From NCBI GenBank assembly GCA_004764695.1, contig SMSO01000031.1, positions 6,926,761 to 6,990,760 of the forward strand: 64,000 bases of DNA, written 5' to 3'. Shown piece by piece: positions 45,740-58,159 of the stretch. The position numbers and the translations under genes were made by a program. Source of the DNA: Schizochytrium sp. TIO01. Taxonomy: Eukaryota > Protista > Bigyra: Labyrinthulomycetes. Within the stretch, counting starts at the first letter, position 1, and each line of letters opens with the position of its first letter. The notes under the pieces are model-generated. The model saw only the letters and a list, made by a program, of their open reading frames with translations. It did no database searches and had not been told where the DNA came from.

Positions 45740-48700
45740 CAATACGATCGTATTTTCCCAGGCGCCTTTGCACACTGTCCAGTAGAAAGAGTGTACCTCT
45801 CGTTAGACAAAGTTAATATCTGGTAAGTGAGTGCAAGATTTGAACCTTCTGACTAACGTCTCCAATATCGACAACACCACACAAGTCTGGTTGAGTTTTA
45901 AGCTTAGAAGAATATGGTTTTAGGGACGTTCACGGTTGAATTCAAATACAAAGTCACAGTCGTAGATACCAACAGTTAAAGTTCAGCCCGGGTCGATATT
46001 ACAAGGCGTTCGAAAAACTATGCAGCTCTGCGCTCTGCAAGTCTGCCCTGCAACGACTAAGATGCTCGCTCCTGCGGTGCTGGTCACAAGCGATCCCTTC
46101 GCCTCGACGCCTGGCAAAGATATAAGCGTCGGTGCTGGCAGCTCTACTCGACCACCGTCGCTCGCCCGACCGGTGCAGGCAAGGCCACTGCACGAAGAGA
46201 GATGCGCAGGCGCGGCGGCGGCGGGACCGAGCGATGCGCGACTGCGAAGCCAAAGTAATTCGAAGCGAAGAACAATAGAAAACAACACTATTGAACAACC
46301 ACTAAACACAAACACTATACTATGACTTATCCGCAATACTCTTCTGTGCGTAAATGAACAATCAATCATTACTCAATTATCCCAAAATGCAGAAAATAAA
46401 ACAAAAAAAACTTTTCATTTAAAATGGCAAATCAAACGACGCCTTTCCTAGAGCCTATGGTTTGGACTAGCTGACCTCCAACTAGGACGGACATAGGACT
46501 TCTTATTGGACGACTAGGATCGACATTGGTCAAGTTTCTATTCGTGGATCGACATTAGGTCTATAGTATGGCCTCCTGAATGACAGTGTATAAGTCGTGT
46601 ATCGCCAAGTTTACTTGATAGTAGAGCAAAATAGGACTTTGGGACGCAAGTAGAGCAAACGGCGCTCGTATAGACAGCGTCACAATCAAGGACCTGATTG
46701 ATAGAGACTCTTATCTTAAGTCAAACGAACGACTGCAGTAAGCGACGGCTCTGGCTCGAGTCTTATGATCTTGCGAATCTAAAAATTGACAGAGGTTGGT
46801 CGCCTCTGATTAGTGAGCATCGATGCTTCGAGGAGAACATACTCGTCAGGAGACCTCCTCTGACCAGGGAGTGTGTATTGGTCATACCGTGAAAGCTCTT
46901 ACGATGGTCTCGTTTTATTTTATTTTTTCCCATCGCTGCGAACTTGTGATACCTACAACCAAACCAAGGGTACCCGAATGAGGATGAGCAATTTATTAGC
47001 ACTCACTCACTCAACCAATTCGACGGGGAAAATTGAAGTTTGAGAAAATACGGATATCAGGGGAACGCGTAGCGAATGAAAGTGGGTGGATGTAATGAGT
47101 CGCTGATTCCAAATGCCTTCAAGCTTCGGCGATTTTTGGCCTTCTGCCCACAGAAATTGCTGTGTTGATTGAAGCACCGTGGAGGGAATGGGAAATGGTA
47201 TAGGATTTGTATTTGCAAGCCCCCCTTACTATACTTACTAAGCTGAAGTTGGTCTGTTGAGCGTTTGGGCAACATATAGTCAAAAGAAGTCCTTCGAAAT
47301 GGTGTACACAACAAGTCTTTATATTTGGGTTAGGTGGCTTGTTAGTAAGACAAACCCGAAGAGGTCGAGGATTCTAACTAGCCAAAGTCGGCATCAGGAA
47401 CTGAGTAGTATAGATTAACCTTGAAGATTGTAACCGGAAGCCCACTTATTGTGGTTAGCTTCCCAGGCCAAGACTGAATTCTGTGGCATGTGCGTTTTCC
47501 AGTTACACATGCAGACTTTAAGAAGGTACACCATACCATGGTTCCCAAGTCCGCACAAGAGCTCAAGTGCCTTTTAGTCCAAGTTGCTTGTTTAGATGCT
47601 CTATTAGGCGAATAGAGAATGGTTTGAAGCATCACTCCAGGAACGTGCCAATTTGCGAATGCTTCAATTTTTTAAGAAGTTGATGAGGGGAATTGGTGCT
47701 TATCTGGCGTTGCTGGAGATGAAAAATTGTGCACTCTTCATCTAAGTTAGTGTGTGCTACTGGGCTTGCAAATGAATAAGCTTCTCACGAACTGCAAGGT
47801 GACTATGAATCTGTCTAACTGATGAAGAGCCTCTAAAACTGAGGTGTAAGTTTTTTCTAGCGCAGGTCATTCTTGAGATTCTTCTGCAGCCATATTTTTT
47901 TTATTCAGAAGTTTGTTTCTTTTATCTTTTGTTTTATAACTCTGAAAATCATAATTATTGGCTCCGTACTTCCTATTTTATTTCTCTAAATAATAAATAA
48001 CGTAATCGCTTCCATTAAAAAGGTCTGACTGAGATGCCGCATGGAGGTTCACCTCCTTATTGCTTCATTTCAGGCTGTGCAAGTGCAAAGCTTAATGGCC
48101 CAAAGTCTACCACGCATTCTTCACTTGTGTTACTTATTTCTCTTCTTTTTCTATTTCCCCTAATGGAAATTATTAGAACTTCTGATCTCCAAATTGGAGT
48201 AGTTTGTATTCTATATAAATGAATTGTTTTTTGTTTTATTTTGTTTTAATTAGGAGGTTGAATGTAGGTAAGAAAATGGCATGGCCAAGGAACCACCAAG
48301 CTCCAAACAATACCAGTGAAGCGAACCTTCACTATAAGCACACAAAGTACTTCAACTAGAAGCTTGGAGTCTCAGCAAGTGCTCTTTAGGCCTAGGCCGT
48401 TGATGGGCGCGTGCGCTACGCGCCTTTTATCAGAGGTGCGCAAGTGACGATATCGAGCGCACCTATGGCTGCGGCCGCGAGCAACGCAGCACTGGCCGTA
48501 CCATTGCCACGGCAGGGAGCTCTCCACCAAGAAAAAGGAGGCTTTTAAACACCAGGTTTATGATCTTCAGCGTGCCTATTCATACACCACAGCCATCTAC
48601 AACAACATCGGCAACGGGGTTAACTTTCAAAGGCCGGCTTGCGCGGCCTCCCAGGCGCGTGTGACCGCGACAGAATCAGCCAAGCTGTGGCATTGCACCG

Positions 48701-49086
48701 TGCCCGGCTTGCTCGAATTCCTTTCAGCCTCCCTGAGCTCCTTCTCGAAGTAAAAACTGCCAAACCCGTGGCGCACAGCCAAGATGCACATGCCAGGGAC
48801 TCCAACATCTGTATGAATGATGGATCCCCATTGCATCATCACCGTCTTTGTGGCATTGCATCACGGAAACAAAGACGCGCAAAATAAACGGCGGTGGCGC
48901 AGCGAGTTAGGAGCAAGCGTGCGTGTAGGCTCGCAAAACCACCAAGAAAGAGGAGGATTTAGTTCGCGCTAGATAGATTCGTGTTTATCCAGATCGAGAA
49001 CAACACTACCAAGGTTCACCGAAAAATCGCATTTTGGTTCTGTGAAAACTACCGCGTCACCTTTCTACCTAAATTTGAACTCCTCG

Positions 49087-49289
49087 CACCATTCACAGCA
49101 AGCTTCGAAAATCTAGATTCGACGAAAATCTAAATTGAGTTGTATCACATTTGCTGAAAGGATTACACTTCCAAACCACGCAGAACATGTAACACCATTC
49201 ACAGCAAGCTTCGAAAATCTAGATTCTTCGAAAATCTAGATTCTTCGAAAATCTAGATTCGACGAAAATCTAAATTGAGTTGTATCACA
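49087..49289. repeat. 63-bp direct duplication whose second copy has an internal 17-bp unit triplicated
   Basis: Copy 1 at 49087-49149; copy 2 at 49193-49289 with (TTCGAAAATCTAGATTC)3. Confidence 0.9.
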
Positions 49290-50240
49290 GTTGCCGATAT
49301 ATACCATTACTGCGAAGTGGTTGCAGATGTATATTATAGACCACAGTATCAACGACTAGTATGTTGATTTGTTCGACCTTGCAATTCCTATGAATAAGTT
49401 CAGGTCAAGCTATTTTTATGGAAAGTCTTCTTTTTACAACGAAGTGTGTTCATCGTCTAATAAATGCACATTTGAATAAATCCGCATTCATACCGTTTTA
49501 TTTACCTTCTCAATTTTGATTTCCTAGCTTTCAGCCATATAAATACCCAAAGTGTGACGATACTAATAAGATTTAGATACTAGTTCGCGTTAATTAAAAT
49601 ACGAAAATGCATATGCAATGCACCAAAGTAGATGAGCAAATTTACAATCAGGTATTCAGTTTTACGCGAGCCCATCAAACACACCATCGTATAGGTGGGA
49701 ATTTCTCGGATGTACATTATGAGAGAGCTCGTTTGATGGTATCTTCAAGGTCGTTCTAGAATGGCATTGCCCTGTGTCTTTAAGAAGTAGGTTTATATTT
49801 ACTGCAGATGCAACAACTCGTTTGATCGTAACCAGTGATACAATTGAAACAAGATATGCAACATCAATATCCTCCCATCTACAATTGCTTAGCAGTACCT
49901 CCATTACAGGTTTGATCAAATCGGAGACCACTCAATGTGAATGATGAGCAATTCCAGTGCATGTCTCTAATCGTTTATCAAAAGATAGTGGGGTACACGC
50001 AGACCTTGGATGAAATCCGCTTCTACTTCATCTCAGATGTTACCTTCCTCATTTTGATAACCATTTAATCATAATCCGTGATCCACAAGATACATACCCA
50101 TCCTGTGTGCATCTATTTTCTTGGCAATCCGCACATGATCTGATTTAGTTCGTGTAATTCTCTTTCCTTGAGTTCCCTTTTTTAAACGGAAGTAGCTTAG
50201 GTCCAAGCAAAATCTGTAAACTAAGTTTCATCGTGCCTAA

Positions 50241-50297
50241 GAAAAAAGAAAAGAAGAAAAAGGAAAGAAAAGAAAGAAAAGAAAAAAAGAAAAGAAA

Positions 50298-50381
<84 letters not shown>

Positions 50382-50408
50382 AAAGAAGAAGAAAGAAAGA
50401 AAGGAAAA
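50241..50408. repeat. (GAAA)n purine-rich microsatellite
   Basis: Direct inspection. Confidence 0.95.
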
Positions 50409-51614
50409 TGACAAATTTGATTTGAAAAAAAGCGAATTTGGAGATCGATCGATCGATCGATCGATCTTTCACTCACTCAGTCACTCAGTCATTCAGTCAG
50501 TCGGCCAGGCAAAGCAACGCAAGCGGTCTGCAAAGCCCACCCGCGGGCGCATCGGCTGTGGCGGAGGACAAGGTCCTGCCTCCTCGTGTTCGCGAGCCCT
50601 TCGCAGTCCTGCGAGGTCTGCGTTCAAACAGAAGAAAGGGAACTTGAGACAAAAGGAAGGAAACATTTTCAAAAAGGCACTCATTCTGTCTTTCTTTCTT
50701 TCTTTCTTCCTTCCACCCCTGCATCCTTCCCAACCCCCTGCGAACCGGGACCGGGGCTCGACTCGAGCTCTGGCTGCAGAGCCCCAGCGACCCCGCGCTC
50801 GCTCCCGGCGGCACCAGCCAGCGCCCCTCCGCGCCCTCCTCTTGCTTGGCTGCCGCATAACGCGCAACTTCTCGCGCCTGAGAGTGTTCCGTCAGCGTTC
50901 CTTATCCGTTCTTCCCCGCGGCGCGTAAGACCCCCTAGGCCCCCGCTAGTGCCCCGCACCCCGTATAACCTACTGTGGCGCCTCTGAATACTGTAGAGTA
51001 TCTCCGCGCGGCACAGTAGAGTATACGAATAGGCCATAGTGTGCGCACAGAGGCGCAAAGCGGCCTATTCCCTCTCTCTGAGTCAGTCAGTCAGTCAGTC
51101 TGTCTGTCAGTCAGTCAGTCAGACAGACAGTCAATCGATCTATCGATCAATTGGCGAATCACTCACGCACTCACGCACTGATTCACGCACGCACTGGTTC
51201 ACTCGCTGACTCACTCGCTGGTTCACTCGCTCCCAGAGTGACTCAGGCAGGCATTGAGAAGCAAGCGATTGACAGACTCTGAGGCAAGGGCGGGCGTCGT
51301 TGGCTCTGCGTAGGAGGAGCTCGGGTGGGCGCATCAGGCGGCGAGAAGGCTAGGAGGCTCTGGCTGCTGGTGGAGGGAAAAGGTCGCGAGGTGCTGTGGC
51401 TGCTGCCGGTGTTAAAAGACAGGTCGAAGAAAACAAATAAGCAAGCAAGACGGGCAACGCCGCGGTGCGTAGAAGCGGCAGGCGCTCGCGGCATGCGCAG
51501 GCGCCGCGCCGGGGAGACGCAGGAGGAGACGCGACACCCGATCGTGAGTCGCTGATTGGCACGGGCGGTGGCCTTGAATACGGTAGCCCTGGTGGCAAGG
51601 AAGGCTGCCACGGG

Positions 51615-52787
51615 ATGGCGAGCAGAGCATCGGAGCTTGGGCTTCTGCCGGACCTGGCGCGTGTAGGGCAGTTTGTGGACGCCAGTGCCTTCAAAGCCAA
51701 GGCACAGGCCCTGGCAAGGCTCGAAAACGGGTTCAGAGATGAATACATGTGCGTGAGGCGCCAGGCCGAGGGAGCCGAGGGCTACGCAGACCGCATCACA
51801 GAGTCTACGGCGCAAGTGAGAGCCTGCAACAGGTACTCAGACATCGTTTGTCTAGAAGACACACGAGTTCACCTCGAAACACAAGCAGAGCATGACTACA
51901 TCAATGCGAGCTGGATCCGCGTGGAAGGGATCAAGTCTATACAGTACATTGCAGCGCAGGCCCCTCTCCCCAAGACTTTTGAGTCGTTTTGGAGAATGGT
52001 ATGGGAGTACGATGTGCCTCTTGTGCTCATGCTGACACCATGGCAAGAGCACGCACATGGACGTACAAGGATCAAAGCAGACCCATACTTTCCGCAAGAG
52101 CCAGGAACTTCGGAAACTCATGGGGACTTCAAGATCACCTGCGAAGATCTCGACTTAACGAACCACGCGCAAGGACTTGACGTGCGGCGCCTTCAGCTGA
52201 AAAATAACCACAGAGACGCAGCCCGAGCGCCGATCCGCACTGTGTATCATGTTCATTTCACCCATTGGCCGGATTTTGGCAGCGTCAGGGACCTCGGCTC
52301 GTACCTAAATATGCACGCTACTGTGCGTCGCTGGGAGGAGACTGCTCGAGGAGCAACCGCCTCTACAGCTGGCGCTGCCAGTGACTCTCAAGACCCTCAC
52401 GAAGAGTCTACAACTTCAACGTTGAAACAGAGTGCCGCACCAACGGCACAGTTCAAAGCCCCCACCGTGAACCATTGCAGTGCCGGTATTGGACGCACGG
52501 GGACCTTCATTGCTATCGATGCTGTGCTGAGGTGGATCACTGACCGAGTAAATGAGGCATCAGATTCACCTGCTAAGCTCAATCTTGCAGACATTGTCAA
52601 GCAGCTACGCAACCAGAGGCCTGGCATGGTCGTCACCCTCGATCAGTACGTAATGCTCTACCAGGTTATTTATTACGCACTCTTCGGAAGCTCGCTTTCC
52701 GACGCGGCCGATGATACATCGGAGTCTTTCGAAGGGATGGATGACGCCGAGATCTACCGCTCAAAACTCGGAAAGCGACCTTTATGA
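51615..52787 (+). CDS. Classical non-receptor protein tyrosine phosphatase
   Basis: NRYSDI, DYINASWI, YIAAQAPL, FWRMVWE, WPDFG, HCSAGIGRTG, QRPGMVVTLDQY. First in-frame ATG at 51615; the true start could involve an upstream exon. Confidence 0.93.
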   Translation: MASRASELGLLPDLARVGQFVDASAFKAKAQALARLENGFRDEYMCVRRQAEGAEGYADRITESTAQVRACNRYSDIVCLEDTRVHLETQAEHDYINASWIRVEGIKSIQYIAAQAPLPKTFESFWRMVWEYDVPLVLMLTPWQEHAHGRTRIKADPYFPQEPGTSETHGDFKITCEDLDLTNHAQGLDVRRLQLKNNHRDAARAPIRTVYHVHFTHWPDFGSVRDLGSYLNMHATVRRWEETARGATASTAGAASDSQDPHEESTTSTLKQSAAPTAQFKAPTVNHCSAGIGRTGTFIAIDAVLRWITDRVNEASDSPAKLNLADIVKQLRNQRPGMVVTLDQYVMLYQVIYYALFGSSLSDAADDTSESFEGMDDAEIYRSKLGKRPL

Positions 52788-53803
52788 AAATCAGTTCTTC
52801 TCTCTTCTTCTACTTCCATCTTTGTTGTTCTCTTTCTCTCATTCATCTCACACTTCATTCACATCATCAATCACACATCGTTTTCCTCCCCTTTTGTCAT
52901 TCCTTTGATTTTCTCTCATGTTTTCCCCTCTCTTCATTGCTTTCACTGGCATGGTTGTTACTCATTAGCTTCATCAGTTCATGTCGCTATCGCTGGTGGT
53001 GCTGCTCTTTCCCTCCTGTACCGTTTTGGCGAAATACTAATTCTTACGATGGTACAAGACATTTTGTCTACTCCCCGAAGATCAAGGAAGTTTAATCTGG
53101 CAATGCCAACCCTGTGCATGATGTTTGGATCTTTTGGTATCAAAGGATAGGCTGTGTTGTTGTTCTTGTGGTCTCTCAGTAGTAAACCCAATATGCGCGC
53201 TAATAAGTTACTATACTCGTTGAGTAGACCCCAACGAAGGCAAAACAACATCTTAGCTTACCTCAGAATCAAAAACTTGTTTGAGAGGCCTAATTTGCCT
53301 TCAAATTATCTATATATTATTGAACAAGCGTTAAATTTCACATATTAATATTCCTTTTTTTGTGTTTCGTTTGTTATATTTATTTCCTTTTTTCTAATGT
53401 CTCGAAGCACCTTTCGTGTAAATCGTAATGGGTGCAAGCAGGCATAGACACACGAGCAAGACTAGTTATTGTCACAATCTTGTAAACGTTGTGTGCTTTG
53501 ATTTCAGAGTGTCATTTCTCATGATGCCAGGAGTTGGGCAACAAAAGAGATTTAGAATGGCAGAGGTTAAGAGTGATGATGACTATGATGACCAGGTTAC
53601 AAACCAGCATCAAAGCAATTCTACTCCCAGCCGCTCCGGTAGAATCTCCTCTCTCTACGTGTACATGTGTAGTTTTTAGGGTTTGGCTGGGCTCATGTGA
53701 GCCCCTGTCCATGTGATTGGTTATGGAATGAGCAATGCGATAAACAAGTCCTTGTGCATCATCACATTGACAAAAGAAATACAGCTAGATTTAAAAACTC
53801 GCT

Positions 53804-56368
53804 TTAATCGCTTGTGTACTTGTAAGGTACATTCACCAGAGGGCAGAGGTCGTGCTCCTCGATCTGCTCCCTGGAAACTCCACAACCTAAGGCCGCCAGT
53901 TCGCGTTTTTGCTTGCTACAAAGAATACTTGCTTCCATAGCCTGACGTTCAAGCATCTTGTTTCGTAGCCGCATAAAGTTACCACTCGTGTGCTGGTATA
54001 AATACTTGCGAGTGCGGGGATCCAAATTGCTTGCAGGAGCTGTAGGCCGCCAAAAGCGGTTGACACGAAGACAAAGCTCTTCTAGACGTGTTCTAGATGT
54101 GTTGGCATTGCGAGACCACTGCTGGCTCAAAGCATCAATTAGGACCTTGTGAGTTTGACTGTGCTCAATCTCGAACTTACGGGCAAGATCAAGACGCTCG
54201 GCACGCTGCAACTCAAGCTGTGCATGAAGACTAGCGTGTACACTGCGAGTAGTGCCAACACGAGCACGGCGTGAGCTAGTGCTATGGCGATCTACACTTA
54301 ACACCGAGGTTTCCCTGGTCAAAGGTTCATAGTGCTTATCCTCGACAACTTGAGCCACAACCTTCTCTACAGCCTGTAACGGCTCATGACGTGCCTTGCG
54401 AATTTGGCGAATGCTGACCTGACTTTTTCGGCTACTCTCTGAGTTTGTGGGAGAAGAATTGTAACGAACGCTAGCCTGGCTTTTAGGACTCCACTCGGAG
54501 TTTGTTGGAGATGGGCTTTTGCTGCGAGCTTGTTGGCTTTGCCGATGCGAAGGACTACTTGTCTTAATCTTAATCAAAGTAGGCCTTGTACTCACTTTTG
54601 GTAGAGCGCTGCCGCTAGTGCTGCTGACAGTGGCGACTGCTGACGGCTTAGCCTTCACATCCTGCGTTTTCTCAACGCGGACTGGATTCCTCTCTGGTGT
54701 AACCGGTGCCTTCTTTTCCACAGTAGTACTGGAGCTCGTAGTTCTTGCTACAGGAGTCGTCGGTGCCTTCTTTTCCACAGTAGTACTGGAGCTTGTAGTT
54801 CTTGCTACAGGAGTCGTCGGTGCCTTCTTCTCCACAGTAGTACTGGAGCTTGTAGTTCTTGCTACAGGAGTCGTCAGTGGCCTTCTTCTCCAAAGTAGTG
54901 CTGGAGCTCGTAGTTCTTGCAACAGGAGTCATCGGGGCCTTGGTTTCTGAAGCTGCAACAGTAGCAGTAGGTCTTACAATCTCAGGTTGTGCATGCGCAG
55001 ATTCCGTCACCAGCTGTGTTGGCTTTTCTGCAGTAGTTTCTGTCTTGCCAGATTCAGAAGTACGTGCCTGCTTAAGAGGCCTGTCTTCCGAATTGCTCAC
55101 ACTGCTGCTGCCAAACGACCCCGTATCACCTTGAGCTGTGCGAATGGGAGAAGTTACGATCTTACGCTTTGGTGGGTTCCGGTTCGGAATGGCAGTGGAC
55201 TTTTGATCCGCACGCTTCGGTTCAGGCGTGTTTGCATTTGTGGCCTCGTCAGCACGAGGATGCACCAATCTTGGACTCGAGTGAGTGATCGCTGCACGAG
55301 GGGGCTTGGCTGCGAGTTGCTGCTCTCAGATGTTGGCAAACTCGATGCTGGGCGAGTGCACGGGGGAGTCGCCAGCACTAATGCCTCCTTACGAATGGGA
55401 GGCGGCGTTGAAGAACGGGGACGGGGCGGGGTCGAAGCTCGTGGAGTAGTCACAAGAGGGAGTTCGTTCGAATCAGAGCTTCGTAGAGGCGGAGTCTGTG
55501 GCCGTGAGACCTTCTTACGGTGCTTCTTGGGGGTAACACTGCCAGTAGGACTGCTGCTGCGGCTTCCAACTTGCGAAGCACTGTTTGACTCCTGTTTTAC
55601 TTTAGCTTTTTTGAACTCCTGCTCAGAAGCTTGATGGTGCTGGTCTTTATGGGTAGCATTCTGCTGCTGGACCTGATGTGAAGGGGAAGAACTCGCAGGA
55701 GGCGGTGTTGCCGGCATAGCTGAGATCGTTTTGACTCTGCGCGGTGATGCGCTAGATTTGCGGCTCAGAACTGACCGCAAAGATGTGGAGTCTCCGCTAG
55801 CCACGCTGCTAGCACCATCTTCATCGCGGTGAGACCTCGGCTGCTGCTGATAGTTGATGAAGAAGTCCCGTTCCTTGATAGGCCTCTGCGACTGGAAAAG
55901 GTAGTTCGCAGAATTGTGAATGTATTGTGGATGCACACGTTTCTCACTACCGCCGAGAACATAGCTAATGGCGAAGGAACCATCCACGTTGCACCTTGTG
56001 ATCTTGCCGACACCACCAGGCTTGTTAATGCCAGGCCATGTGCGAGACTCTACGTGAACAACATCACCGACTACAAATTTGGGAGGTTCCGGGGCAGCTC
56101 TCATTTGTTCCTGTTGTTGCTTTTGTTGCTTTTGTTGCTGCTCCAGCTTCTGTTGCTGTTGCTGCAACTTTTGCTGCTGCTGTTGCTGCAACTTTTGCTG
56201 CTGCTGCTGCTGCTGCTGTTGCTGCTGCTGTTGACTTTGTTGGTATTGGTGCTGCTGTTGAGCCTGGTGGATGCCTTGGTGCATGTTATGTCTGGGCGCA
56301 GCGCTGTCCTCAAACGGGTTCGAGGCCACGACCCGCATGGAGTTCGCCCTGATAGGCGTCGCGACCAT
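53804..56368 (-). CDS. PolyQ, Tudor/KOW-like domain, long S/T/P-rich disordered protein with helical C-terminal domain (two apparent frameshifts)
   Basis: ORFs 55154..56368, 54672..55268 and 53804..54922 join by adding one base to the G5 run at 55300-55304 (SQPSP|PRAAITH) and deleting one at 54879-54880 (restores the 57-bp repeat register). Domain FVVGDVVHVESRTWPGINKPGGVGKITR..YVLGGSEKRVHPQYI. Confidence 0.8.
54704..54932 (-). repeat. 57-bp coding tandem repeat x4 (APTTPVARTTSSSTTVEKK)
   Basis: Units start at 54704, 54761, 54818 and 54875 (last is 58 bp). Confidence 0.95.
56107..56262 (-). repeat. Coding polyglutamine (CAG/CAA) tract
   Basis: Direct inspection and translation. Confidence 0.9.
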
Positions 56369-58159
56369 CCTTGTACTGCCAAGTGCCGTGCCTTAGTCAA
56401 GGCCGCAAGGCCACCTGCAAACAATCAATCCAAGTTCTTGCGACCTTGCAAACCTTCTCTCCTCGGTCACAGCCCCAAGCTCTCCCGCGGCCGCCGAGTC
56501 TGCTTCACTTCGTCCAACCCTAGAGAGTCTAGTGCGTGAATTCTGTATTGATCGTCCTCAAGTAATGCGATTCCGAACTGCATCACATCGCTAATCTTCT
56601 CCTACGATCCCTCCATCTAGCCAACCCTTAAGAGGTCCTACGCCAAGAGCCCCAAATGGAAGATAAGCAGAGGGTTTTTCCCCGTGGCGGAGGGGAAAAA
56701 AGGCCTCTAGCACCCCCTAGCCGAAACGGTAGGCCCCGGGCGGTGGTTAGAGCGGGCAGGGGAAAAACTGGGTTAGCGTTTAGGGTAGGTGGCCTCTAGG
56801 AGGCAGGCGAGGCTGCCGTGGTTAGAGCCTTTTAAGATGACGCTCGAACAGCGATAATAATGGAAATGAAAATTGGGGCTATGAAAGACGAACTTTGGTG
56901 AAGAAATGAGAGCTCGCGAGCTCATTTGGTGGCGCAGAAGATGAGGTCGAGCTGGCGAGGAGTGCAGGAAGACGCTGGCTTTGAGCCGACATGAAGTATG
57001 GACACGCGTACGATGATTTGCCGAAGAGGCGGTCTCGGCTCTGTCTGAAGCGCTTGCTTGTAAGCGGCGAAAATGAAGTTTACAAGCTAAATGCGAACTT
57101 GGGATTTCATGTAAGAGGCGGCTGCGAAAGGATAGATTGGAAAGCTCCTCACAGAGGATCTTTTGCAGAATTGGAAGCCTTAAAACCAAATTGGCGAAGC
57201 GCCCATCACTGAACTCTGTTGGTACTCTTCTCCTGTCTTGGGGTCATCATACATAATATGGTCGAAGTGTACACCAAGTTCTGTATTACTGTAGTTGATA
57301 TCTTTATGACAAGTCGCTCTCACTAGCTAAAGGCTACTCCTTGAAATCCTTTTGCTTGGGTCAATACTCAAAGCAAAGCAAGCACAGAGCCATTCTCATG
57401 GGCTGCTGATGTCAATACTTTGAGTTGGGGAAACATACAAGCCGTAATATAAATTGTCATTGTTACATAAATCAGCAATGGAATCACAATAGTAGTCGCA
57501 ATGTATAGGTACGTTGAGTCCTGACATTTTTCTGTAAAGAAAGTAGAAGAAGTCTTCACCAAGATGCATCAGGCCGCTGTCCAAGGAAAGATCTGCATGT
57601 AATGTCATGCTCTTCAAGCGGATCACAGGAAACCTTATAATTAGAAACTGATTAATAACAGAGCTTGAAAGTTTCTATGCACTTAATTATTTGAGCAAGG
57701 GCTTTTAGAATCCTCTACAAAAAGAATGTGTGGCTTCTCCCATAGATACCTCCTTCCAGTTTGGGACTCTGTACATATTGAAAGTTTACATAACATGGTA
57801 CATGGTATATGTGAGCAAGGGAGCAAGGGAGCAAGGGAGCTAGAGAGCAAGGCATCAACGTAGACTAGAACATATGAAGACAAAGAAAGGCGGGTCAAAA
57901 AGACATATCAATGATTGGCATGACAGATCAGAAGCAGAGATGGATGGGTATGACGACCCGATGGTTGGTTATGGCAGATCTCACAAAGAGTCCATGTCTA
58001 TAAAATCTTGCGACTTCGAGTTCAGAGGGCTCGCACGTGCCCAGAGCAGGCAAAAACTCGGGCTACAGCGATACAGATAAAGTCGTTGTCGTACATGGGG
58101 GAGAAAAAGATAAATGTTTAGATAAGTAGACTTGCCGGCGTGGACATCGTCATAATTTT

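Noticed and set aside
47819-47840. Hammerhead ribozyme core CTGATGA
   Set aside because: Stem II has no viable loop and the GAAA half-core is missing.
48516-48529. tRNA-Ala/tmRNA-like 3' end CTCCACCA
   Set aside because: No T-arm (GTTCRA) before it and no matching acceptor 5' strand at tRNA distance.
54879-55304. Programmed ribosomal frameshifting in the two broken genes
   Set aside because: No X XXY YYZ slippery sites. The indels lie in short G/C runs and are more simply explained as sequencing errors.
56850-57212. Protein-like ORF 56991..57212
   Set aside because: Short, with no recognisable motif; cannot be supported as a gene.
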